64,000 bases of DNA from Octopus vulgaris (taxonomy: Eukaryota). The notes beneath the pieces are model-generated. The model was not told the origin of the DNA. It made no database searches and saw only the letters and a list, made by a program, of their open reading frames with translations. The stretch is from the NCBI GenBank assembly GCA_951406725.2, contig OX597818.1, positions 139,934,001-139,998,000 on the forward strand, given 5' to 3'. Position 1 is the stretch's first letter; every line of letters starts with the position of its first letter. This document shows, piece after piece, positions 12,966 to 25,000 of this stretch. The translations under genes and the position numbers were made by a program.

Positions 12966-13304
12966 AAATGAATATAGGACCAGATTATCTGAGAGAATGA
13001 ATTTAACTTCCTGTGATAAAAGACAGGTGAGCATGAAGAAGGACAATGTGGCAAAAAGTAAAAGAAAACAAACCAAGAAGAGAAAGGAGTAAAGAGTGAG
13101 ATTTTGAAATAAATTACTGAAGGAATGCAAGCGTCAGTGCATTCCCTATTGGGAATCTTCGTTGTTAGAATTTTCTTGTTAATTGTTATTGTTCTTCATT
13201 GTATTCTCGTCATTTTTCAACACATCACTTATCCCTTGTATTGTATTGTCCTTATTTGTTTTGTTTTAGGTCATTGTGGCCAATAAGCAATTATTGTTAT
13301 TATA

Positions 13305-13340
<36 letters not shown>

Positions 13341-13368
13341 GTTATTATTATTACTATTATTATTATTA

Positions 13369-13420
<52 letters not shown>

Positions 13421-13484
13421 GATGATGATGATGATGATAAAAACTGTTTAATATTTGGTAGATTGAAGCAAATTTCTACTGAAT

Positions 13485-14319
13485 TACCTGCTACACCGTG
13501 TTGCTGGTGTGCATCGAAGGTCAGCTAGCCGCTCTTTTCCGGTAAGGATGGATAATTTCCAAAAATCTCTAGCTTGGCAGTGCTACCAGGGAGATTTGCC
13601 TGTTCGTGGTAAACTTTGCAGGCACGAAAGTACTGTCAGCCAGTATGTCCAAGATGTGCGCAGTACGATGTGACGGTCCTGCATGTACTCATCCAGTGCC
13701 CGAGCATTGCTGATGTGTGGGTTTATGTTGAACAACTGGTGTCACGTGTAGGACGGATCCGGCTATCAAATGAATCTATCGTGATCGCCCTACCGCCTTC
13801 CTTTATTAAGGAAAGGCTGTGTTCATATGCCTCATGGCCATGGTAAAAGTTGTATGGTGGACGAAATTGAAGAGGCTGAAGACAAACACTTTTCTCTTTG
13901 GCCAATTCCTGATCAACTTATTCAAGTTTCACTTGAAAAGGAAAACAAGGGTAGAGAGGGAAGATGTTGACTTTGAGCCAGCTTGCTGAAAGGTGGATAA
14001 AAGTAGCGACAATGGTGCGAGTGAACGGGCCTAACCTGATCATACGTGTGTAGTTCAAAAAAAAAAAAAAAAGTAAAGGAACAGAGGCACCTGCGCCTAA
14101 AGTCAGGGTGGCCATGGTCTTTATGTTGTCTTTCCATGAGCAGCCTTCGAACGTCTCCTCCCCATTGAGAAGTACGCATTGTTGACATTTTAAAAATTTT
14201 GTTAGTCTTGTTTACACAAAAATCCCTCACAACACGCATTCACACACACATTCTTTCTTTTGTCTGGTATTTTCCATAATGTTTTTCTTAATGTAAACCC
14301 GTGTGGTTAATAAAGAAAT
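13485..14319 (+). mobile_element. Tx1/L1-clade LINE 3' fragment (ORF2 C-terminal CCHC zinc knuckle plus 3' UTR)
   Basis: MDNFQKSLAWQCYQGDLPVRGKL, then a frameshift to CPRCAQYDVTVLHVLIQCPSIADVW (C-x2-C...H-x4-C-x6-W, zf-RVT type). Ends aataaagaaat before (ATC)n. Confidence 0.8.
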
Positions 14320-14342
14320 CATCATCTTCATCATTATCATCA

Positions 14343-14468
<126 letters not shown>

Positions 14469-14934
14469 TTTGCTTTGCATTTGTTATACATACACAGTTT
14501 GCTAACACTACGTCTATAAAAAAAAATGTCATCTGCATGAATAATTTATAAAATTTATTAGAAATATTCTTTTAGTGTTTTATTTTACCAATTGTGATGT
14601 ATTTTCCCCCTGTCCTTTTTTTTCTTTCTTTCTATCTAACTTGGCTTCATGAAAGACTTTCCACGAAGAAAAATTGATTATTCGTAAGAACCCACGCGTG
14701 AGTAAATCTTACTGTATCTTAACAATATAAATTTATGAAACCATAGCTCCACAAGGCTTTATTTCATTTTATTGTTTTATAATCATGGCAATCATGAGCT
14801 GTCCACCTCGGCTCATCACGTGACATTGTTGACTACTACTACTATTACAACTACAAACAGTACCACTAATACAACTTCTACATTTATTATTATTATTATT
14901 ATTATTGTTTTTGTTGTTGTTGTTGTTGTTGTTG

Positions 14935-15535
14935 TCTTCGAACAGCTTCTAACGCTGGAGATGAACCACAGTGCTAGCTGTTCACTACCAGTGAGCTAAG
15001 GTAACACCCCTTATTTTCGAGCACCATCCGGAGTATTCGAACTGTTCCAAGCAGTGCTGTTTTCTGCAAGTTCTCTACCCGTATTGCAGCCCCTATTTGT
15101 TCCAAGATACATCTGAATATTTTTACTCACTGTTGTCAGGGCTCCGACAATTATTGGTTCTACTACCACCTTTTTCAGTGACCACAACTGCTTAACCCCC
15201 CAAGCTATCTTCTTATATCTATCGACTTTTATTTCTTCCTTATCGCATAACTTGCTGTCAACTGGGCATGCTATACCTATATCCAGCATAGTTTGCTTTC
15301 TTTCTCAATAAACACTATGTCTGGTTTCCTATTGTCTCTCATGGTCGCGCTGAATCATAAAATCCCATAGGATCTTTGCATTATCATTTTCGATGATGCC
15401 TTCGGGTTTATGTTCGTACCGCTTTTTTCTTTGTCAAGTCCATACTTATTGCATAGTGTCCAATGGAAAATTATTGCTATATTGTCATGACGCCTTATAT
15501 TCTTTCTGGGCTAGTAGGGTACATTTGCAGCTATT
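14935..15535 (-). mobile_element. R4/Dong-clade LINE 3' fragment (restriction-like endonuclease)
   Basis: LAQKEY.RHDNIAIIFHWTLCNKYGL..YEHKPEGIIENDNAKILWDFMIQ..NRKPDIVFI..IACPVD...KEEIKVDRY...PIIVGAL. Flanked by (TAA)/(CAA) repeats. Confidence 0.85.
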
Positions 15536-15579
15536 CGTGCATGACATTCACTAAATCTTTTGATCTATTATTATTATTA

Positions 15580-15810
15580 TTACTTTTTTTCTTCTTTCAA
15601 ATTTGCTTCCATTTCTTGCCGAGGGTCTTCCCGACTCCTAGGGCAAAGAAACTCATAGTATACATTGGTAGGCCATTAAACCAAACTCAATAGTTCGTTC
15701 ATTTTTTTTTTTAAGTTAAATTAAAATACATGAGCAGCAACAGTTCTCATATCGACAATGCTCTTCTCAATACGTGTGATGTACCAGTTAAGACAATCTT
15801 TTGCACTTCT
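15580..15810 (-). mobile_element. R4/Dong-like LINE extreme 3' end (second subfamily)
   Basis: EVQKIVLTGTSHVLRRALSI* plus 3' UTR, lying between (TAA)n tracts. Confidence 0.7.
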
Positions 15811-15819
15811 TCTTCTTGC

Positions 15820-15885
<66 letters not shown>

Positions 15886-15941
15886 CGTCATCATCATCAT
15901 AATCATCATCATCATCATCATCATCATCATTATAATTATTA

Positions 15942-16018
<77 letters not shown>

Positions 16019-16540
16019 TATTGCTGATGTTTTTGTTGTGGATGTTGTCGTCGTCGTTACTGTTGTTATAGTTGTTAGTTATTATTTGTATTCGTTCATT
16101 CATTTATTCATTATTCAAAACCGTATAGTGATGTTTTGAGCAAGCCGCTATAACCTGAGGTGCTCGTGGTTGGAACGCCACGAACAAGAACAACATCAAC
16201 TACGGCAAATTTTATCAAGGATGTTGATCAACCATACCGGTAGCACATCATCATCATCAGCAGCAGCAGTACTTACAGTAGTAGTTAGTACAAACTGGGG
16301 GTGTGTGTGCAGTTTACTGAGATTGCAGTGGTCGTAGTTGTGCGTTTGTAGTGTTGCTTTACCATTTGCAGTGCAGAAGAAAGAATTTTGTCGATGTTAA
16401 ATAAAAGTGCTTAATACTCGTTGCAAAACAAGAATATTGAAATCGCACTAAAAATTTTGCATTAATATAAGAAACACAGTTGGTGGTTAAAATAATCACA
16501 AGGTATCTTTCTTCATAACCACAAGGTATCTTTCTTCTTA

Positions 16541-16706
16541 GGGCGGCGAGCTGGCAGAATCGTTAGACCGACTTTGCCTTTCATCCTTTCGGGGTCGATT
16601 AAATAAGTACCAGTTACGCACTGGGGTCGATATAATCGACTTAATCCGTTTGTCTGTCCTTCTTTGTCCCCTCCGTGTTTAGCCCCTTGTGGGTAGTAAA
16701 GAAATA
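16541..16706 (+). mobile_element. SINE group B, internally deleted
   Basis: Head joined directly to the central domain. Flanking duplication aggtatctttcttc. Confidence 0.85.
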
Positions 16707-17397
16707 GGTATCTTTCTTCATAAAAAAAAAAGCATGTGTTAAGTGAATTCTAAATAACTCCAGTTAACTAAATTCAGTAATAAAGAAACGTTCATTAACA
16801 GAATAATTAGCAGATAATGTGTCATTCGGTTAATAAATTTGGCAGCGTAAAGATTATTTTCTGTATGTCGTTCAGCTGGATTCTTTCCTTGTTGAGGTTC
16901 TGTACTCGATGAAATTTTCACATTGGCATGTAAGATGATGGAAGCATTCCTGAAATATAGAGGAATAGAAGTTTATTCAACGTCACAAGGGCGGCTGTGC
17001 TGGGGGGAAGAATCGGTTGTGTACTGTTTTTAGTTAAGGCTCTTCATTTTCGTGGGTTATGTTGATATATGATCTTCACATCTCCGGGTTAAATGAAATA
17101 AAGTACTAGTCGAATACTAAGGCTCATATAATCAATTATTTTTTAATTCTTATTCTTTCCTTTACTAGTTTCAGGCATTGGACAGTGGCCATGCTAAGGC
17201 ACTGAGCTTAAATGGATTCTGGATGATCGTAAAATATTTGCTTCAATCGTGTGCATAACCTAAGGATTTCTATTTATTGAGAGATTCTGCCTAGCTGTTT
17301 GTTTAGGATTGTGTGTGTGTGTGTGTGTGTATCTGTGTGTGTGCACTTGTGTATACGCATATATATACATATATACATGTGTATATATGTACATGTT

Positions 17398-17430
<33 letters not shown>

Positions 17431-18489
17431 ATTATGTGTGTGTAAATATGTTTATGTGTATATGTCATGAACATGTACAGCACATACGAAATACACACAT
17501 ACACACGCGCATATATCCTCATTATTTTTTCGATGTGGAAGCGTTAATTTATGCTTCTCATTATTATAATGAGTGCCTTGATAATAATAGCCTTTCCGAA
17601 AAGTTCAATACCGAACCTGCACTTATGTGCCCATACTCAAACATACACCTACAAGTATTTTATGGCATGTTCTAGCATTTAATTTAAATCTCCTTACATA
17701 TATTACAAGAGGCTTCATAAAATTCATGTCGTAAAAATTTCCAATGATTCGTAGTGCAAGTTATCTGTTATGAAACATTTGAAAACTCCATTAACCTTTT
17801 TAATTCTATAAGCTTTCCAAAAATAATCATTTGGTAATTCGTTCTAAATGTACCCGAATGACTCCTAAAAATTACCACTGACTTTAAGAGTAACAATTTT
17901 TAGAAGGTTCTGAATATACTGTGCGACATCAGAGTTGTCAATTTATACATTTTAGAAAGCGGGGAAAAAATCTCGAGGCCTTTCTTAACGTCTTTCATTT
18001 TTATAAGAAGGAAGATCGGTGACGTTTAAAATCCAATAATCGACTACGATAGCTCATTCAATATGTCCATACATACTTCTTTATAATTTACACGGTATTT
18101 ACAGCGTTGTTGTCTTCTGAAAAACCCAGGTGAAATGAACGATTAGATATATCTACCTATTGCAGAGAAATTTTGATGCACATGGGAGCAGTTTATATTC
18201 TTAAACAGTTGTTAAATGAAATAGAAATATGTATTTAAAAAATATGAAAATTCAAATAATCTACAATTGTATAACACTTTTATCGATAAAAAATTAAACA
18301 CATTTACGTATCTCAAATTTCTTTGCTTGCACTGGTAGTACTTATAAAGAAGCGAAATTCGTAAGTATATAAGTATCAACTATTGCTTCCCTACCTTTCA
18401 AACAATAGTTATATTATTAACTTATATGATTCAGTAATTACATGTATTCTAACAATTATTTCCTACGTCTTTCACATAGTTTCATTATA

Positions 18490-18704
18490 CAATGTGGTGC
18501 TGAAAAGTTCGTCACTTTAAAGATTTCGCGAAAGGCCTGGTTGAAGACCAACCTTCAGGGTTCCGTTAAAGCGCTTACAAAAACTGGTGTTCCACTGCAA
18601 TAAGAGTCTCAATCTGAGACGGAAATATGTTGGAAGAAATCATAATTAACAGATCCTACTGTATTTTCTTTACCCAAAGCCAGGGACTTTTTAGCACAAC
18701 CTTA
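18490..18704 (+). mobile_element. Mariner-derived MITE
   Basis: TIRs gtgctgaaaagttc..cttt / aaagccagggactttttagcac flanked by TA. The interior resembles a mariner transposase C-terminal end (KL..RCNKC.NL.G.YVE-like). Second copy at 5223. Confidence 0.7.
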
Positions 18705-18854
18705 TATATTTACAAAATATAATTTTCATGTTGCAATTTTCAAATCGTTAGAAGTTCGTCAGCGAGAAACACGGATGGGCTTTCACGGGCAGAATTGGTT
18801 TTGTGATAGATATATCTACTCAGACACTTGCACGAGTAGCGCAAACACACATAT

Positions 18855-18939
<85 letters not shown>

Positions 18940-19839
18940 TATATATGTGTGTGTGTCTGTGTGTGTGTAAATGTATAGATAGATATAGATACACATCTAT
19001 AAATTACATATAGATACCTACATTTTATTTACACACATATATATATATTTGCATACATAAATACGTACATACATACTGACATACAAACATATACGTGTAT
19101 GCGTGCACGCGCGTGTGCATATAGACTCACAAATCAATACACACGCACAGGAAAAACACAGAGACCGTGACAGCGAAACAGAGAAATTGATAGATTGATG
19201 GATGGATACAAAACTGAGCGATTGCTATCTAGATTTATTGAAGAAGTCACGTGTAAAATATAAAATTATCTATAATGAATTAAAATAAAATATAAGATGA
19301 ATACTAAAACTAAACAATATAGAATGAACAAAAGCAAGACGATAACAAATAAAAACATAAACATTATAAAACTGATTTCCGTTATCGCAAATATATTTGG
19401 AGAAACCGCTGAATTTTTCTTATGCCAACCTTATTTCTAATTCCGATTTCGATTTCGCTTTCTGTTTTCTTTTTTACTCTTCGATTGTGTGTTATCTTCA
19501 AAATATATAAGAAAGAATGAATAAATGAAAATGAACGGCAATAATAACAATAATAATAATAGTTGTGGTGATGAGGATGATGATGATGATGATGATGATA
19601 ACAACAACAACATCGACAACAATAATAATACACAGCAAAAATAAAGCCTAGCACTACTGACAATGACTATAGAAAAATATGAAAGAAAGAAATAAAAAGA
19701 ATTATTGCAAACTTCACAAAGGCATACACGAAAACGCATAAACGCACTCAAACACGCACATATATATACACACAATATTCATTATGAAGCATCTCCGATA
19801 AATTGAAAGCCAATTTCATACTGTAATGATAATAAATAA

Positions 19840-19995
19840 TCATTTCTACTAAAGGCACAAAGCCTGAGGTTTGGAGGGAGGGGACTTGTCGATAACATCG
19901 ACCCCAGTGTTTCACTGGTACTTCGTTTATTGACCCTGACAAGATGAAAGGTAAAGTCGAGCTCGGTGGAACGATTCAACAACCTCGCCACATTA
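19840..19995 (-). mobile_element. SINE group B-related fragment
   Basis: atcgaccccagtg..ctggtactt..ttattgaccc..aagatgaaaggtaaagtcga. Confidence 0.7.
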
Positions 19996-20019
19996 AAAAA
20001 AAATTTTAATAATAATATT

Positions 20020-20298
20020 ACGGAGATGTACTCGCATAGCAAGTGATTTGATCTGAGATCGTGTGCTGGAACGAAAACAATTCTAGCGTGGAAGGTGTTT
20101 GTAAGCCATTTAAGAAACACTCAAAAGCCGTTCGATTCACTTCAACATTTAAGTTTAATTTGTCAAAATATTTTCGTCGCTAAAATGCAGCACGGATTTT
20201 GTCAGTGAACAGGTCGCGGATTTTAGCGACGAAAATATTTTGACAAATTAAACTTAAATGTTGAAGTGAATCGAACGGCTTTTGTGTGTTTCTTAAAT
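20020..20298. mobile_element. Element with a ~79-bp near-perfect inverted repeat (arms 20108-20186 and 20220-20298), probably a PLE pseudo-LTR plus its inverted copy
   Basis: The arms are reverse complements with one mismatch. Spacer plus right arm form a hammerhead-shaped fold. Confidence 0.65.
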
Positions 20299-20329
20299 AA
20301 TAATAATAGTTGCAGAATGTCCTGAGGTG

Positions 20330-20790
20330 TCACAGGGAGAATATAAGAAATGAAGACAGGACCAAGTTGTAAAAGTTTTATACTGGAAGCTCTGTCAGAA
20401 ACGGGGATTACGAATTGATCCATCATGACCATTTGATTACAGGATTTTAAAGAAAAAGGATGGAAAAATATATATTCCCTTAAAATTTCAAATTGCAATA
20501 ATTTGGCGTATGAAAACTACGAACGTTGTACCTGTAAAAATGTGTGCATTTGGACGTGTTTGTAAAGATACAGACTTAGATTGAAGGAGATTCGAATAGA
20601 ATGTCCTGTTGAGCTTCTACAGAAGGTGTGCCTCTTAGGGACAGGAAAGATTATCAGGAGGGTGTTAAGCACTTGAAGGACTATAAAAAGTTTTTGGATA
20701 CCTAAGATTACAGGTAGTAACCCGCTGCCTACATAAATTCTATCTGAACGAAGAACAAGCCTGAGTCAAATCAATAATAATAATAATAAC
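20330..20790 (+). mobile_element. R4/Dong-clade LINE 3' fragment
   Basis: QGEYKK*RQDQVVKVLYWKLCQK and ECPVELLQKVCLLGTGKIIRRVLST*. 3' UTR similar to that at 14940-15010, followed by (AAT)n/(AAC)n. Confidence 0.8.
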
Positions 20791-20826
20791 AACAACAACA
20801 GCAGCAACAGAAACAACAACAACAAC

Positions 20827-20859
<33 letters not shown>

Positions 20860-20863
<4 letters not shown>

Positions 20864-21310
20864 TAGTTCCTACTGATAAAAGTAATCTCATAGCAGAAAA
20901 CAGAGGTGATATCGCTAATAAACCGCAGGAAAGGAACAGTGATAGCTTGCTCGATGAGAGCAAATTATGAAATTCTGAAATACATCAGAACAAAAAACAT
21001 CACATAAACAAAAATTTTGATCAACGCAGCAAGTATTGTTGTAGCAAAAAACGTGGGTGTTGATGTCAAGAAAAAGAAATATAGTGGAAGTGACAAAAGA
21101 AATCTATGGTGGAACAGAAAAATACAGGCGGGTTTAGATCTACTCTCGAAAGGACATTTCTGTGTTAGACCGAAAAGAAAAGGGGGAGCTTAAAAGCGAA
21201 CAAAAATACAGGGCGCTGAACAGTAAGTATAATATTGAAAGAAAGGGCCTGAAAGTGGTAATCGAAGAAGTCAAACAGCGCCCCTTTGCAAAGAAAGCAA
21301 ATATAGTAAT
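20860..21310 (+). mobile_element. R4/Dong-like LINE pre-RT ORF fragment
   Basis: INAASIVVAKNVG...WWNRKIQ...DISVLDR...LNSKYNI....VIEEVKQR..AK, similar to the region upstream of RT in R4/Dong ORFs. Confidence 0.6.
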
Positions 21311-21314
21311 ATAT

Positions 21315-21945
21315 GATTGCTTCGAAACCTCCAGCTTCTATATCCAGACCATGAATTCATATTCATACCAATAATAACTGGAGCACTAGGTTTTTTTAGT
21401 AAATGCTTAAAGGAGAATTTGGATAGACCGGGATTTTCAGAAAGAGAAATCGACCTGTTAATTCGTAAATTACAAGTGCAATCAGTGAGTGGAACAGTAA
21501 AAATATGCAAGACTTTTCTCAAGTTCCAAATGTGAATTTGTTGGTATTAACTACATCCCAAAGATGGAGCCTTGTATCTTTATTGGAAACTGGCTCCCTC
21601 CTCAGTGGAAGATTTATAATACATACATACAAACATGAAGAAGATAACTAGGGACAACTGTTTCGAAACCTCCAACTTACAAGTTTATATTTATACCAAT
21701 AATAATTGGAGCACTTGCTTTTCTAAATAAATGCTTGTCAGTCTGGATAAGCTTGAACTTTCAGAAAAAAAACAAATCCATCAACTAATTCAGACATCAC
21801 ATATACAATCTGTAAGCGGAACAGTAAATATATGCAGGGCTTTTCTAAGGTTTAAAATGTGACCTTGTTTTCTTTATCTACATTCCAATGATGGAGCTTT
21901 GTATACTTGTTACAAACCAGTTCCTTCTTCAGAGGAAGAATTTAA
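21315..21945 (+). mobile_element. Two tandem diverged 3' ends of a second RLE-type LINE family
   Basis: LLRNLQLLYPDHEFIFIPIITGALG...LIRKLQVQSVSGTVKICKTFLKF (21317-21535) and a degenerate copy (~21640-21945). Each has a 3' UTR followed by (ACAT)n. Confidence 0.75.
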
Positions 21946-22814
21946 ATGATTAAATACAGAAAATACATACATACATTCATACGTACATATATAGGTATGT
22001 ATGACTGTATTTTTGTATACACACATCTCTACACATTTTGTGGCAGATTGTTTCATATTATATTTATGAACCTCGTGAGCAATGCATTAACTGTTGCTAA
22101 CGCTACTATTGTTGTTGCTGTTGTTATTGTTGCTGCCATTGTTGTTGTGGCTGTTGCTTATTCTGTTTTCATTTCCCCTCTATCAATCTTCTTTCTTCTG
22201 ACTGTACTTTATCTCCTTGGTCTTCATATCACTTTTATCTGTTTTGTCATTATTATTATAGTTAATTCAGTTTCTGTATACTGCTGCTCTCGAAAATCAG
22301 AGAAAAAATAAAATACAAGCAGAAAGACTAACCAAAACAAGATAAGAACAGAAAGAGAAGAGAGAAGGGAAAACAATTTCACAAGAAAGATGATCGAAAA
22401 GAATGAGCTGAAATAAAGAATATAAAGAAAACAAAAACGTTATATACTAAAACACAGGAAAAAAAACGAAAAATACAAAACATGACAAAATGTGAATAAA
22501 ATATAAATCAAAGTTCGTAATTAAAAGTTTATCAGAGGAATAATAAGAAAACGAAAATTTTGAAGATAACCGTAGTACTGCGGTTGACAGTATAAATAGT
22601 TATTATCTATAATTTATGTTACAATACATGCTAAGTTGAAGGGAGCGGTTTAGTCGACCGCAATGACCTCAGTATTTTAGTAACACTTTACGAAACGATG
22701 ACACGCAATGATAACGTGTGTGCAATTTGATCTAAGAATGTAAACAGCAATAATTGTAAGGAAATTTTTGCTCGACGCTCTAACGATTCAGTCAAGCCAC
22801 AGAACTTCTAATAT

Positions 22815-23298
22815 ATTTCTTTACTACCCACAAGGGGACAAACAAGGACAAACAAACGGATTAAGTCGAATATATCGACCCAATGCGTATCTGGTACTTA
22901 ATTTATCGACCCCGAAAGGATGAAAGGCAAAGTCGACCTCGGCAGGAGGATGACGTGAGTAATAATAACAATAATAATAATACTTAGGAGGGTCCTTGGC
23001 ATCTAAGATTACTGGTTGTAGCCCGATGCTAGGAATTTTCTTTCTTTTCTAGCAGTATAATGAGTTGTGTGTATCAAAATAATCCTTTCTACTATAGGAA
23101 CAAGTCCTGAAATTTTGTAGGAGGGGGTTAGTCGATTACATCTACCCCAATGTTTCACTTCTACTTAACTTATCAACCCCGAAGTGAAGTGAAATCAAAG
23201 TCGGCAACGGTGGTATTTGAACTCAGAACTTTAACTCGGACGAAATGCTGCTAAGCATTCTCTCTGGCTGCTAACGATTCTGCAAGCTTGCCGTCTTA
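22815..23298 (-). mobile_element. Cluster of SINE group B fragments (22815-22945, 23080-23298) around a Dong-like 3' end remnant on + (22978-23080, ILRRVLGI*)
   Basis: Matches to other copies in the window. Confidence 0.75.
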
Positions 23299-23984
23299 AC
23301 AACAACAACAAAAATAACGACGACGATGACGATGTCGATGATGATGAAAACAATAAAAATGTCAATTTTTTGAAGTTTTGGGCGATGGTCAACAATTTTA
23401 GGGAGAAGTGTTTGGTCGAAATATTTCACTGTAATTTTATTTTATGAACCCCAGAAACGACAACAAACAAGGCAAAGTCGATTTCGGGAAGATTTGTACG
23501 CAGAACATAAGTATCGGAAAATAAACCTTAATGTTACCGTTAGAATTTCCACTGCTCATTGTTTCTCTACTATTGGCCATGCAGGATTTTTGTCGCTGTA
23601 GTTCCATCATGTATTTCTGTACACCCTAAAACCTAAACTTAAATGTTTAGATTTTAGGTGTTTCCCAATCTCTTTTGTTTCCTCAGTTTCTTCGTAGATA
23701 TCTGTTATAGCAATCACTTGAATTAGATATAAATGTTCTCTATTTGTCTTTGCTTCGTGACTATTTGCTTTAAAATTTCTTGATATTGTAGTAGATATTT
23801 TAATAGTACTACAGTGAACACACTAGTAATTTTCTAGTTGAAAAAGGCCCCTACCACTCTGCATTCGGGGAAGATATAGTGTTTCAAAGTCAAAATTTAC
23901 ATGGTGTATTCTAAAAGCTGACATTTTTTTTTCATGTTTTCCTATCTAATTAGTTTAGTTGCCAATTGAAAATGTTGCTTTTAA

Positions 23985-24148
23985 ATGTTGGCACAAACCC
24001 AGCCGTTTTGGGGAAGAGGCTGAGTCGATTAAATCGATCCTGGTGCTCAACTGATACTTATTTTATCGACCTGAAAATATTAAGACATACGAAACGCCGC
24101 CAGGGATTTTGCCTGGAGTGCTAACGATTCTGCCAGCTCGCAGCCTTA
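23985..24148 (-). mobile_element. SINE group B-related copy, diverged
   Basis: gctaacgattctgccagctcgc head and central domain on the minus strand. Confidence 0.7.
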
Positions 24149-24551
24149 AGCCAACAGAAAATACTAAACTCTACCTTATTACTAGAACAGCTGGTGTATT
24201 GATGCCTTCTACATTATTTATTTCTGTATTTGGCATTCAGACGTTTCAAATATTAATATCATGCGCTTATAATATTCTTTCTTAATCAATTATTTCATGT
24301 GTGTGTTCTGCTCATTGTCCAATTCAACAGTATGTGTTTGCTCCAATTCTCTTACCTAACTATCTTTATCTCATATAATATTAGTGTTCTTAGTTTCCCT
24401 CTATTTAAAGTCACTTTAGCGCTTTCTTTCTCTGCTGAATCTCATATTTATTGCTTTGGTAAATCTGTGTATTATCAGCAGTAATATTTCATGTTGTTTT
24501 CATTTGTAGTATATAACTTTAGATCATTCATATATGTTGCAGCATAATAGA

Positions 24552-25000
24552 GGTGCAGGCATGGCTGTGTGGTAAGAAGCTTGCTTCCTGTCACATTGTT
24601 CCGGGTTCAGTCCCACTGCGTGGCAAATTTGCCATGTGTCTTCTACTATAGCCCCGGGCCGACCAATTGCTTTGTGAGTGGAGTTGGTAGACGGAAACTG
24701 AAAGAAGTCCATCGTATACAGACATACATATATACATACACACACACACACACACACACATATGTATATTAATGCGTGTGTCTTTTTGTCTGTGTTTGTT
24801 CGTCCCCCACCATCATATGACAACCGATGTTGGTGTGTTTACGTACCCGTAACTTAGCGGTTCGGCTAAAGAGACCGATAGAATAAGTACTACACTTACA
24901 AAGAGTAAGTCCTGGGGTCGATTTCTTCGACTGAAACCCTTTGAGGCGGTGCTCTAGCATGGCCGCACTCAGACGACTGAAACGAATAAAAGAATAAAAG
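24552..25000 (+). mobile_element. SINE group A, full length
   Basis: Colinear with 10616-11045. Confidence 0.92.
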
